Assembly: GCA_043228905.1 (NCBI GenBank)
Contig: JBHGNT010000017.1
Span: forward strand, 13,950,001 to 14,014,000
From: Azolla caroliniana
Taxonomy: Eukaryota > Plantae > Polypodiophyta
Direction of reading: 5' to 3'
Length of the DNA stretch: 64,000 nt
Part shown: positions 12,034 to 24,412 of the stretch, in pieces
Position numbering within the stretch: position 1 is the first letter of the stretch
How the letters are laid out: each line of letters starts with the position of its first letter
Translations under genes and position numbers: made by a program
The notes under the pieces: generated by a model
The model's input: the letters and a program-made list of their open reading frames with translations, nothing else
The model's database searches: none
Told to the model about the DNA's origin: nothing

Positions 12034-13210
12034 GTCCAACCAAAATAGGAACCGTTTGGTTGGACAACCCTAGATCTGTACAACCCATTAGTGGTTCCAT
12101 TCCCTCCAAGCAAGTTAGCAATGTGTTCCTAGCCCAAGTCATGGTTAGTACTAAAAGTACTCCCCCAGTACATGTCCTAGCCCTTCTAGATTTTGGAGCT
12201 AATTCTTGTTTTATGGATCGAAATTTTGCCCAAGCTTCTCAGATACCCTTAAGAAAACTTCCTTGCTCCGCATCTGTAGTAGTCATTGATGGTTGTCCCA
12301 TTGCTTCCGGGAATATTGTAGAAGAGTCAGAACCCATTCAAGTTGTCCTAGGTAGTTTTGTGTGTGTAGTAGCATTTAATATAATTAGTAGTCCAGAGCA
12401 TCCCATTGTCCTGGGATTACCTTGGTTTGAATTACATAATCCAGAGACAGATTGGAGAACAAGAGAAGTCCGACATCGACAACCCCAAGAATCTACTCAT
12501 CGAGTTTCGACCATTTCACTACGTCAATTACACGAAGAAGGACACAAGGAGGCAATGTTCCTATTTGCAATATCAATACATCCTTCCAACACTATTAAGG
12601 AGGAATCCAGCACTATTAAGGAGGAATCCTTAGTACAACTTCCGACGAAATATCATCCTTATGCCGATGTATTTGACAAGGTAAAAGCTGGTACTCTTCC
12701 TCATCATCGTCCCTATGATTGTCCCATCGATCTACAACCGGGAGCAGAGCCACCATGGGGACCCAATTACAACTTGTCCCCCACCGAGTTAGAAGTCCTT
12801 CGAGCCTACATAGAGGAGAACTTGGCAAACAGGTTTATTCTTCATTCGAAATCTCCGGCCGGTGCACCCATCTTCTTTGTCAAGAAGAAAGATGGCTCAC
12901 TTCGTCTCGTCGTTGATTACCGCGGCTTAAATAAAGTCACCATCCGTAATAGGTATGCACTTCCTCTTATATCAAGTGTTTTAGAGCGAGTTAATGGTGC
13001 CAAGTTTTTTACAAAGATCGATCTACGAGGAGCGTATAACCTCGTGCAGATCCGACCGGGAGATGAATGGAAGACCGCCTTTCGCACACGGTATGGGCAT
13101 TTCGAATATACTGTTATGCCGTTCGGTCTAACCAATGCACCTGTAGTCTTCCAACACATGGCAAATGATATATTCAGAGACCTCTTGGATATCTGTTTGA
13201 TCATCTATTT
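12030..13210 (+). pseudogene. Gypsy pol (aspartic protease + N-terminal RT), -1 frame relative to gag
   Basis: ALLDFGANSCF protease; FVKKKDGSLRLVVDYRGLN, KIDLRGAY, VMPFGLTNAP RT motifs. Confidence 0.92.
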
Positions 13211-13910
13211 GCCTTGGAGGGTACGGATCACCTCGATCTCTAGGAAGTAATGAAGGTCCCCTAGGTCCTTCATGTCAAATGATGCCGCAAGCTGGGACTT
13301 GACGCGGCCGATTTCATCTAGGTCGGCGCCGACGATGACTAAATCATCAACATAGAGTAAAATACTAACCGGTCCATGTCAACCTTGCCGGACGAACAAT
13401 GAAGAGTCCGATTTGGACGTCACAAAACCCATCTGACACAGGCACTGCATGATCTTCGCATTCCACATGCGCGGGGCTTATTTTAGTCTGTGGAGGGACT
13501 TCTTCAGTCAGCATACTGCCAAGGTGTTCCTCCCGGACTGAAATCCAAGGGGTTGTACCATGTACACCTGTTCCTCAAGTTCTCCTTGTAGGAACACATT
13601 CTTTACATCCATCTAATGTAAATGCCACCCCTTTACCGTGGGTACTACAAGCAGGACACATACTGTTGTCATCTTCGCGACCGGCACAAAGGTCTTATCG
13701 TAGTCGATGCCGTGTCATTGTGCGTATCCCTTCGCAACTAACCGGGCCTTGTAGCGGTTGACACAACCGTCAGTGTTGTACTTGACCTTGTACACCCACT
13801 TGCATCCAATCGGCTTTACACCCTTCGGGGCGTCAACCAAGTCCCAGGTTGCATTTTCCGCTAATGCGTGCATCTCTTCCTTCATTGCGGCACGCCAATT
13901 TGCGTCTGAG
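13211..13910 (-). mobile_element. Copia reverse transcriptase fragment
   Basis: Minus translation WRAAMKEEMHAL..IGCKWVYKVKY..YKARLVAKGY..FDMKDLGDLHYFL. Confidence 0.88.
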
Positions 13911-15655
13911 TACCCGATTGACTAAGTATAAAGAAATATGAGAAAATACTACAATAATTATATTACATGCGTAGGGCAAGATTTGAACCATGTACCTCCA
14001 TGTTAACGATTTTAAACCTTACAATTGTACTAGCATATTATGAGTTTTAAAGTTATATTAAACTTTATCCCATATAAATATTCTAGATAACCATGATAGA
14101 AAAAGTTATTCATGCATACACACTCGAGTTAAATGAAAAGGTGTGATAGAAAGCTAATCATGCACATGTAGTGTGCATGAACACTAGAGTTAGAAAAAAG
14201 AATGAGGTTGTAAAGGGTTGTTGTCGATTTTGGGTTTTCTAAATATTGATTAAATTGATTATACTCATGGGATTCATGATTTCCTATCTCTCTCTTCCAA
14301 TGTATTGAAAGTTTGGGTTGATTTCTTGATATTCTTAATACTAATTACACTAATTCACTATACTCGTGAAATTCACGAGATTCCTACCTTTCTCTTTCAT
14401 ATTCTTATAAGCCTTAAACTTCTCCTCCTCCTAGTCCAAAACCCAAGTGGTTCCCACCCGACTCACACAAATGATCCGGCGCTGAAAGGCACGACATATT
14501 TGGTGAACCCGACGTGAAGACGGGTGGTAAGGAGATGGAGAATCAACAAGAGGCTAGCAATTATACTAATTCACTATACTCGTGAAATTCACGAGATTCC
14601 TACCTTTCTCTTTCATATTCTTATTAGCCTTAAACTTCTCCTCCTCCTAGTCCAAAACCCAAGTGGTTCCCACCCAACTCACGCAAATGATCCGGCGCTG
14701 AAAGGCACAACATATTTGGTGAACCCAACATGAAGACGGGTGGCAAGGACATGGAGAATCAACAAGAGGCTAGCAACATGATGACGATGTTCGAGCGGAT
14801 GCTACAAGAACAATGCGTGATGTCAGAGATTGCGGCGGCAGTGGAGCGGCTCGTGCAACGAAACGGGCAATTCAACGGGAATGATGTGTCGCGTTATTTG
14901 CGGGACTAAAAGACGGAGATGCTATGGTGCAGAATACCGGAAGGATTGCAAGTGATATCCTTCAATCTAGTGTCTATTGATGGGCTTCAAGGGAGTATCC
15001 ATGGGATACGACAACAAAACCTGACGTGGGCGGTGTTTGAAGAAGCATTGAAGACCATGTTCGCTATCGAGGACCCCTCGAAGGCAACACTGAGAGGATT
15101 CGAAGATTGGGTGGAAACACCGGACAAGGGGTTGAAGGTCCTCGATGTGTTTTTGGCATTCGAAAGTCGATTCGGGAGGTTGTCCGCGAGAGATCAAGCT
15201 ATCCTCGCACCAGACAAAGTGATCATGTTCTTACATGCCGTGGACATTCGGGACCGGAAAGATCTTGGAGTACTTCTAGAGGATACGACTATTGAGAGTG
15301 GCCTCACCAATACATGGGAACATGTGCGGGACATCGTTGCACGATACACAAAGAGGGGGCAATGGCTCGGTAATGAAGAAAAGAGAATTTTGGAACCAAT
15401 CTTGAGGCCAAGACCCGGATTGGAAGATCACCAACCACGACCTCGAGAGACTACGAACGAAAAGGGAATTGATGCAACCACGATGGAGTAATTGCTGAAG
15501 GAGATGGAAAATCTCAAGATTGCTATGGTGAAGAAATCAGAAGACCATCCCACGAGTTCCAAGTATATGGACCGTCGATGCATATGGTGTGATAGCACCG
15601 AACATGATCTGAAAGATTGCGATGAGCACAAGGAGGCTCTACGACGAGATCTCTG
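13911..15655 (+). mobile_element. LTR retrotransposon (probably Gypsy) 5' part with tRNA-Trp PBS and gag
   Basis: LTR end ...ggcacgaca then TGGTGAACCCGACGTGAA (14501-14518), complementary to the plant tRNA-Trp 3' end; 216-bp tandem duplication of the LTR end/PBS; gag with knuckle CIWCDSTEHDLKDC. Confidence 0.8.
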
Positions 15656-18285
15656 ACAGGAACTACACGCTCCGATGAACACTGCTCGGCCACAACCGAG
15701 TCTAAGATCAAACACAAAAAACGGGAATGAATACACACGACACAAAGGAGAGAAGAGAACACAGGATGTTTAACGTGGAAAACCTTGAGAGGGAAAAACC
15801 ACGGGAGTCCACAGACTCCAAACTATCACTATATCACAATGATTACGACAGTGAGTTCACAGAGGCGACGACCTCGTGCTCACGATCTTCGCCACAGGCG
15901 GCGACCTCTTCCTCTCTCTCTATCATGCCAACTCCGAAGCAAATCGTCAGTCCCACATGACATTATTAGGGCTGAGTTCACTCTACCCCCTATGTTAGTA
16001 GAAGCACTTTTTCAACTGGTAGTCTTTATACACAGGATACATAACCAACCACTTGATAGAATATCCCACCAAGCCTTTAAGGCTTCTCGAGCACTGTATG
16101 AGTCCGGCCATACTAGCTCATGGTATGGCATGATGGTGAGTTGGCTTCTTGCCAACGGTCTAGACATTACTAACCTCCCCCCCTTAAGTACGACCACACG
16201 ACTGATAACACTTTAATCTCTCATGAGGACCGTAATAAAGTAATACGCCAAGAAATATGGCAAATTTATACTCGTTATAAATGGATCACCCCACTAGAGC
16301 CACTCCCATCTAAAATGTCGTACTATAAGGAACACTTTATGCACTTCTCTGAGTTAGGTTTTATCACGCGCCCAAAATATCTAGATGTATTCTTACCACA
16401 TGCACTAAGGGTTGCCATTGGTCAACTTAGAATATCATCTCACCAACTTGAGATTGAGAATGGATGTACTAATGGAGTCCTTAGGGAGGAAAGGATATGT
16501 AGGTTATGCCACATAGAGATAGAGGATGAGTACCATTTTACATGCAAATGCCCCACCTATGCCGAGATAAGGGCAAAATACCAAGACATACTTGGTTCCT
16601 CTCCCACCCTCCCTAAACTATTAGATACACTAGATATAAAGAAATTAGGTAGATACAACTTAGAATTGAAACAACACAGAGAGAATAAATTACAAAACGT
16701 TGATAATAATGTTGCTAATGTTTACCAACATATAACAAATGAAGTTTTTAAGGAACAGGGGGAGACAATGAATGTCGACACACCTACACCACTCGGACTT
16801 CTCCTTGATGAAGCAGAAAATCAAAGAAGAACCAAACGCCCTCGGATGCCGGGTTTCAAAGCAACTCGACGAGATGTAGAAGCAATAAAGAAAATAAGGG
16901 AACGTGAACTACACCGCCTAGAAGCCATGGCTAGGGCACTCTATGCATCGGGACCATGGGTCACACCCACACCAAAAACTTTTGACCAGCCACTTCTTTT
17001 TGAGAGACTTGGGTGGAAATGAGATTAGCCTTAGTGCAAAGTTTTGTACACTACTAGAACTTTCTTAGCTTAAGCTATTTTCTTTTATTTTAGTTTTGAT
17101 GATTGGATAAACACTCATTTTTGTTGTAACCTATTTGTCTCATGGGCCAAATTTGGCCTTAGAAGACGTTAATATATCTTTCTTTCTTTCTTCTTTCTCT
17201 CTCTCTCTCTCTGTACACTGTTACGCGCTCTAATCTTGCGCCAACAAGAATGACAACAACAACAATTCTCTGTTTGCCCTAAGTCATATTTATACTAATA
17301 TGACTTTTTGACTATTTACAAATATAGCCCCGATGGACTCTCAGAAAACATATTTACAAATATGTCCCTTCATCCGATGAGCACCTCTCACCGGGCCTTC
17401 ACCATCCGGCTCATGCCGGGTACTCCTCATCCGGTTCTCACCGGATCTTCCGTAGGCGGGTACTCCTCATCCGGTGCTTGTCGGGTACACCACATCTGGT
17501 TCTCACTAGGTCTTCCGTTGCCGGGTACTCCACATCCGGCACTTGCCGGGTACACTACATCCGGTTCTCACCAGGTTTTCCGTAGCCGGTTACTCCAAAT
17601 CCGGTTTCGGCCGAGGCTGAGTTTGCTCATCAGTACTGTTCTTCTCATTTCCCATCCGGAGGGACTTGTTTCCTAACAAACTCCCCCTTCACTCCGGCAT
17701 GGGATGTCTTACTAGTCCGATCCGTTTCCAGCATGCATCCAGCTTGTCGGGTATCAATACTTTGGTCAGCATATCTGACCCGTTCTCGGCCGTGTGGATC
17801 TTCGTCAGCGCGAACTCCTGGTCATCTACTCTTTCCTGGATCCAGTGATACCTTCGCTGGATATGCTTCATCTGGGAATGGTAGGCCGCATTCTTAGCAA
17901 GGTGGATAGCACTTTGACTATCGCAATAGAGCTGGTATTCATCTTGCCGGATACCGAGCTCTCCGATGAAGTCCTTCATCCATAATATTTCCTTGCCGGC
18001 TTCCACAGCCGCCATGTACTCCGCCTCCGTGGTTGACAACGCAACCGTCTTCTGCAGCCTCAACTGCCACGAAACAACTCCCCCTGCATACGTCATTACA
18101 TACCTGGATGTAGATCGGCTGGTATCCACATCAGTCGGCATGTTTGAATTGGTAAAACCGTCAAGTTGAGGTTTACCGGAGCCGAATCGGAGACACATAT
18201 TTGAAGTGCCCTTCAAGTACCGGAGTATCCACTTGACCGCGTTCCAGTGCTCCTTGTCGGGATTGCTCATAAACCGGCTCACCAC
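15656..18285 (-). mobile_element. Copia (Tnt1/Tork-like) 3' end: RT/RNase H, PPT and 3' LTR split by a LINE
   Basis: ORF 17689..18297 VALSTTEAEY, LYCDSQSAIHL, NGSDMLTK; PPT agggggag next to LTR start TGTTAGG at 17677; distal LTR part 15656-15920 resembles 33290-33450. Confidence 0.85.
15921..17190 (+). mobile_element. 5'-truncated non-LTR retrotransposon (RTEX/L2-like C-terminus) in a (CT)n tract
   Basis: LRISSHQLEIENG..REERICRLCHIEIEDEYHFTCKCPTY zinc knuckle; (TTTC)n tail; CT repeats on both sides; second copy at 51020-52911. Confidence 0.8.
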
Positions 18286-19966
18286 AGCCAACGACATTAC
18301 GTGCTAAGTATGCTCTTCAAGTTCGGGATGACTGACTGTAAGTCCATCTCAACTCCTCTAGACAAAAATGTCAAGCTTCGCCGAGATTCGGGAAAGGCGT
18401 GTGACCCGACACGGTTTCGACAGATTGTCGGAAGCCTAATTTATTTACCTGGTTGGCCTAGACAGTCAATTTATGTCACAACCCATGGCCAAACACCTTT
18501 AGTGCGCACAATGGATATTGCGCTATGTCTGCGGCGCTAAGGATAGGGCACTGCTATATCAGACCGATATTGCTGCACAACTCGTCGGCTACTCAGATTC
18601 TGATCGGGTCGGAAACGCTGGGTTCTCTTTCTCGCTTGGGAGCGCCACGATCGCCTGGAGCAGCATGAAGTAGCCGACAATTGCACTGTCGAGCATGGAG
18701 GCTGAGTATCGAGGAGCAGTTGTTGCGACATGCGAAGCCATTTGGCTCAAGAGGCTACTCAAGGATCTGCAGGTGGAGGTGTCCAATATGAAGACGATCT
18801 ATTGGGACAACCTTAGTAGCATCCAAATTGTGAACCCTATCTTCCACGCTTGGACCAAGCACATTGAGGTGCACTACCATTTTATCAGCGAGCGTGTCCT
18901 CTCCAGTGAAGTCGAACTAGCGTATGTTCCGACGGATCAATAGACTTGGTCTCGACAAGTTGCAGCAATTCTCGGGTGTTCTTGGTTTGCGGCACCTCGA
19001 TATGCCGACCTTTAAGGGGGAGAAAAGACCAAGAAAGGGAGCAAGAAAGGAGCGAAAGTGACCGTGAAGCCGAGTTGAATGAAGAAATCGATTTTGGGTC
19101 AGTTGAAGGAGCCGAAGGCGGAGACAAGGGCAAGAACTGAAGGGAAGAGCCAGAGTAAGCCGAACAAAGGGGAGATGAAGCCAAGAAGGGCGAGAAGGCC
19201 AAGACGAAGACATGGTCTGATGTGTTTAAGGGCCTGAAGAAAGAAGACGAATTGGAGATATCCAATTCGGGCAAGGGCGGAAACGAATCGGAGACAGACG
19301 ATTCGGTTTGTATGTTTGATTCGGAGACACCGAATCCATTAAAGGCCAAGCAGAGGAAAGGGCAGCGGAAGAGGCGCCAACACCGCGACAACAAGGGAGC
19401 TGAGAAAGGCCGCACGAGCAGACAAGACGACCGAAAGAATCGAGGCGCGTGGAATCGAATGGGTCGAGGTGTGCGAGCAAGGCGTGAAGCCAGGAGAAGC
19501 CGGAACAAAGATCCGGAAGAGCAGGCAGAACCTCAAGTTGAGCTTGACGGGGAGTCTTGAGATACAAGCTCAACATTGGGTGCATAAAACAATGCGTAAA
19601 CCAGTGCGTAGACTAGGTGCACAACGAGAGGCCGTAGCGGTGCGTAAACCTGGAGGCCGTTGGATAGATATTCCGCAGAAATATATTTTGGGAGTTAGTG
19701 TAGGGGCTCATTGATGAGCATTGAAGTACGAGTCAGTACTTCTGTCACTCCGTATGGACTTGTATAAAAGTGCTCTCTAAGCACATCCTATGTACAAAGT
19801 TTTTAGAGTATTGTTTTGGTATAGAGTTTTTTATGTTCTTCTCGCTCTGTCTCTCCCACGTATGCTATGTTGATTAAGCTTTCCATTAAACTTTCCTCAT
19901 CTTCTTTTTCTTTTGTCTATTGTCACCCGGTTGTGTCTGTTAAGCTTCTGCACGTATTCTTTTACA
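18286..19966 (+). mobile_element. Copia 3' fragment: RT/RNase H, extended 3' region, PPT and 3' LTR
   Basis: FGMTDCKSISTPL, LSSMEAEYRG, WTKHIEVHYHF; purine tract ggggag at ~19549; LTR ~19557-19966 ending ...ttttaca. Confidence 0.8.
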
Positions 19967-19989
19967 ATAAGTATATGTACAACCGGTTG

Positions 19990-20840
19990 TGGCCGGTTCC
20001 GATCCTAATAGATACTCCCTTTAAGCCCATTGTAACCACCTGATTGAGGGATGCCACTTGCAATCCTTCCGATATCCTGCTTTGCAAAATCGCCGCCTTG
20101 TAATCCTGTAGATAACATGACATGTCCTTTCCATCGAACTGCTCGTTCTGTTGCATCAGTCATTCTACTACTGGCGTGGCCTCCGACATTACACGTTGTT
20201 CCTATAGCATTCGCTCGAACATTGTCATCATGTTGCTCACCTCTTGTTGATTCTCCATGTCCTGGCCACCTGTCTTCACGTCGGGTTCACCAAATGTGTC
20301 GTACCTTTCGGCGCCGGATCGTTGGGTGAGTCGGGTGGGAACCGATTTGGTTTTGGACTAGGAGGAGGAGGAATTTGAGGCAAATAAGAATATAAGACTA
20401 AAAGAGAGAGATGTAGAAAACCTCGTGAATTCCACGAGTGTATTATATTAGATTAATAAACCTTTAGAACCCTAATAGTAGATTGGATTAGATTAGGAAA
20501 GATAGATCGAAAAAAATCGTGAATCACACGAGTATAGTAAATCAGATCAATATTTAGAAACCCTATTAAAACCCAAGAATCAACAACCACAATGCATCTT
20601 TCTCATCTCCTTGTATAGTGATGGAAGATTTTAAGTATAGCTTACCACATGGCAAGCATCATGCTTTTTCTAAAGTGTTCATGCACACTAGATGTGCATG
20701 AATAGCTTTTTCTATCATGCTTTTTCTTCAAATTATAGTGATCATGCACGCTAGATGTGCATGAGTAGCTTTTTCGATACAATGTTTTCTTTAACTAAAG
20801 TTTTATGCACACTACACATGCATAAGTAGCTTTTTCTAGA
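19990..20840 (-). mobile_element. Second copy of the tRNA-Trp-primed element (LTR, PBS, gag start)
   Basis: Reverse-complement homology to 14100-14990; PBS at 20275-20292. Confidence 0.82.
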
Positions 20841-22945
20841 ATTTATACTTGAAACACGTTCGCGTTCAGAAGTGGAAGGATCGCGCATTACACTTTTAGA
20901 TTCCCTTTATAGTTACACAATTTTAGCCTGTTGTGAAATATGACGTGCACCAGTATCACATGATAAACCACAGAGGGTGAATTTATTGATTTATTAATCC
21001 GATACATCTCTATACCTAGAGAACATGCTATTTATTGGAGAAAATATAAATGTACTAGATTTATTCTTGCAATGTTTACAAACAATTATACTCACCCAAT
21101 CCTTAAATGCAATGAAATATTCCGATAATGCCTTGTACGAAGATGTTATCAGATATTCTTGAGTCACTTGTTCCCACGATAAGCAACCTAGTTGCTTCAT
21201 CATCACTTCTTGTATTTTCATATAGACTTTGTCGCTGAAAATTTATAAACCAACATTAAAAATTCATTTCTTAAAACAAGATAAACCATAAAAAATTTAG
21301 TAAGACCTTGTTGAACTCTGTAACCATTTCCTCTAGGCTCAGCTCCTTTCCTACAACTCTTAAAAGCACAGATATAAGAAGTTGCTCATTTTTTATCCCT
21401 TGCATTGCACTCCATAAAGACAGCTTCATATCATCTGCCACTTCCTCAATGGTAAGCTCAATCTTCTTGGCAGCTGAGCTCTTTAATTCTAATTGAGGGT
21501 CAACTTTTGACTTCTTTTGTCTTTGACCCTTCACTTCCTTATTCTCCCACATCGTAAATATTTGATCTTAAAGATCCTAGACTCCTCCATCCCTAAATGC
21601 GAGTTGAAACCACGACTCATACTTTCTGATTCCATCAGACTTCACCGCATCGTCCACCACAATTCCCACTTCGTGGAGACATTGACTCGTAGAGCTGGAT
21701 ATAATTTCGCTCCAAATTTGGTTTTCCCGTCAAGGTACTCGTGGTGAAAAAATCTAATGCGTTCGATGGAGGACATCTTCTGTCGGTAGTCATTGTCGTT
21801 ATTGTGGTCCCATGCTAACAACTTCGTCTCCTCAGTTGTTAGCCCCACATAAATTTTGCATTCCGCATATTTGAAGAAGTACGTTGTGGGATGCTTGCAG
21901 ACTAATTGTCGTCTTGCCTCCGCCGAGTGAGATCCTCCAATCACAAAATAATTGTATTAGTCGTGCTTCTTAATATCAAAATCCTCGAGCTTAGAGCACT
22001 CAAGAGGATCCACCATTACAATAAAAGGCACGATTGTTGCATGAGGGTTGATTTTCATCTTCTTCTTTAAATTTTGGACGTGCAGCTTATGTGGTTCTTT
22101 GATCTCCAAAGGGCGATGTCCTGTATTCTCATCTAGAGGGGGGAGATGAATATGGGTTATCGGAAGGTTAAAAACTTACCCCTTCCGCACAAGTTTTCTA
22201 TGTATTGTGTCCCTTCTAATTTTATTTTGTTCTGATGACAACACACCAGATGCAAACTCTGCTCCTTGTATAGATTGAGCCTCATCATCCTCTGTTGAAC
22301 TCGATGACTCAGAATTTGACATTTTCGTCACCTTCTTTTTTGGAGGCCTAGACTGCACCGCAGATTTCCTTATTGGTGCTTTAATAGGCGATAAGGAGGC
22401 TATCTTCAAATTAACATGACCTTGAATATATGGCCTTATTGTTGTTATTAATTTAGTACTTGTCTCAATAACACGTCGGAAGGATTCTGGCCCGCATGAA
22501 TCCTTCAACAAGTAGTCTTCTGAGACGATCATCTTTCGGACTCCTTTTGTACAGTTGACTAATACAATCAAATTAGTTGAGTCCGTGTCTTCATAGTCCA
22601 ACCGCAAGATTTTGCCATAGCTAAATGCACGATCTTGAGCAAGCATACCACGTCCAACCAGTCTAGTAACTAACAATACTATTTCTTTTTCGAGTCTACA
22701 AATTGCAATGCCCACTCAAATCCAGTTAAGTCTCTGTCTAACTGGCCCTCACTCCCTCCAACTGCGACAGATGTTTTATGACTAACCTCGTCAAACGGCT
22801 ACCTCACGACTTCGTCTTCAAACATGAGTTTCTTTCTCTTTTGTGGATATTTCACAACAAGGATCTTTGTGGTGTCTGGAGGTGAGCTTTGATACTTAAT
22901 CCGAATTCTGTTGAGTGGCAACTCCTCCTTAGGGTCAGTCGACTT
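20840..22945 (-). pseudogene. Intron-containing gene with a ParB/Sulfiredoxin-like domain, disrupted
   Basis: Reading through stops: VFNLPITHIHLPP..RPLEIKE..HVQNLKKKM..IVPFIVMV..YFVIGGSHSAEARRQL..CKIYVGLTTEETKLLAWDHNNDNDYRQKMSSIERIRF follows the ParB N-domain pattern; GT..AG intron at ~21307-21236 and a GTGAGT donor at ~21095. Confidence 0.6.
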
Positions 22946-23642
22946 GCATGAAATAATACAACAGATGAACCTAAACCTATATTCTCTCAAATGAAAATCT
23001 ATTGTAGTCTAGAAAATGCGAATACAAAAAATAGTTTGGCCTTATGAAGCTCTTGCTTGACCAGTAGTGTATGGGACCTACTTAAAGGATGTAGTCATAA
23101 GATAAAAAACCATAGCGAAAGGCACTAGAAAGGGAGTTGAGATAAGGGATTAGTGAAACCTAAACCTATATGCTCCTTACTTCAATTCAAGTATTGTTTT
23201 GTCCTCATTTAGTCTTATAGTAAGCACATTCGTAGTAAAGAAAGATTTGTATGGGGTGTCAAATTATATACAGTATGCAGATCGGTAGTATGGAATGCCA
23301 AATCAACAATCCAGTATTGTTTTGGCCTCATTCCACTGTTACAGTTAGTACAAAACTAGTAAGGTGGTTAAATGACATGAAGAATAGGAGAAAGAGGATT
23401 TGAAACCTAGGGACTAGAAAGAGGAAAATGTATATTTAATGTCTCAGAGTCCACCGGACACTAAGATTAGTAAGATTTTGGTATCCCTAGTAGTGTCTAA
23501 ATATCAAATTTCAGACCCAAATTTACCGTATTTTGACCTAATTTAGAATTTTTGAACCTAATTTTACTACTTATTTTTTGTCTAATGCCCGTTTTCGTGT
23601 CTCTGATGTCCCAAGTTAGATTAGTAGTGTTATCTGGGCCAC

Positions 23643-24412
23643 TATTCGATACATCGTATCGAGTTAGTGGTGACAATTCGTTACGTCGTATTGAGTTCTA
23701 ACCCTAAGGAGCCCAACTCGTTACGATGTATCGATTTTTAGCCCTAGGAGCCACAACTCGATACGCCGTATTGAGCTATGACCCCCAACTTGGTACGCCG
23801 TATCGAGTTTTAGCCCTAGGAGCCACAACTCGATACGGCGTATCGAGTTATGACTCCCAATTCGATACGCCGTATCGAGTTTTAGCCCTAGGAGCCACAA
23901 CTCGATATGCCGTATCAAGTTACGACCCCCAACACGATACGACGTATCGTGTTTTAGCCCTAGGAGCCACAACTCGATACTCCGTATCGAGTTATGACCC
24001 CCAACTCGATACGGCATACCGAGTTTTAGCCCTAGGAGCCACCACTCGATACGTCGTATCGAGTTATGACCTCCAACTTGATACTACATATCGAGTTTAG
24101 CCCTGGGAGCCACAACTCGATACGACATATCGAGTTGTGACTCCTAGGGCTACAACTCAATACGACGTATCTAGTTCTAGCCCTAGGAGCCACTAGATAT
24201 GGCGTAACGAGTTCTAATACGTAACTCGATACATGGTAACGAGTTCTAAAACTGAACTCGTTACATCGTATCGAGTTGAGTGTCAGAACTCGATACATCA
24301 TATATAGTTCTTGGTCTTGGATCTATAACTTGATACATCGTACCGACTTGTGACCCTCACGTTGATACAATGTACCAACTTCGGGCCATAACTCGATACA
24401 ATGTATCGAGTT
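23643..24412. repeat. Array of ~22 palindromes AACTCGATAC-N3-GTATCGAGTT (72-bp dimeric unit in the core)
   Basis: Palindromes start at e.g. 23755, 23787, 23827, 23859, 23899, 23931, 23971, 24003 (alternating 32/40-bp spacing). Confidence 0.95.

Larger units (their letters stand above)
10360..13210 (+). mobile_element. Ty3/Gypsy element (Tcn1/Tf1-like chromovirus lineage, inferred), 5' half
   Basis: LTR TGTCA...TGACA (10360-10806) followed by gag and pol; truncated at RT IIYL, just before the DD. Confidence 0.9.

Noticed and set aside
20840-21100. DNA methyltransferase domain fused to the ParB-like gene
   Set aside because: No DPPY/NPPY or FxGxG motif visible before the truncation.
23721-24301. 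ORFs 23721..24017, 23726..24100 and 24032..24301 as genes
   Set aside because: By-products of the 72-bp repeat unit.
23643-24412. CRISPR array
   Set aside because: Linkers are only ~9-17 bp and are themselves repeated, no cas genes are visible, and the context is eukaryotic.
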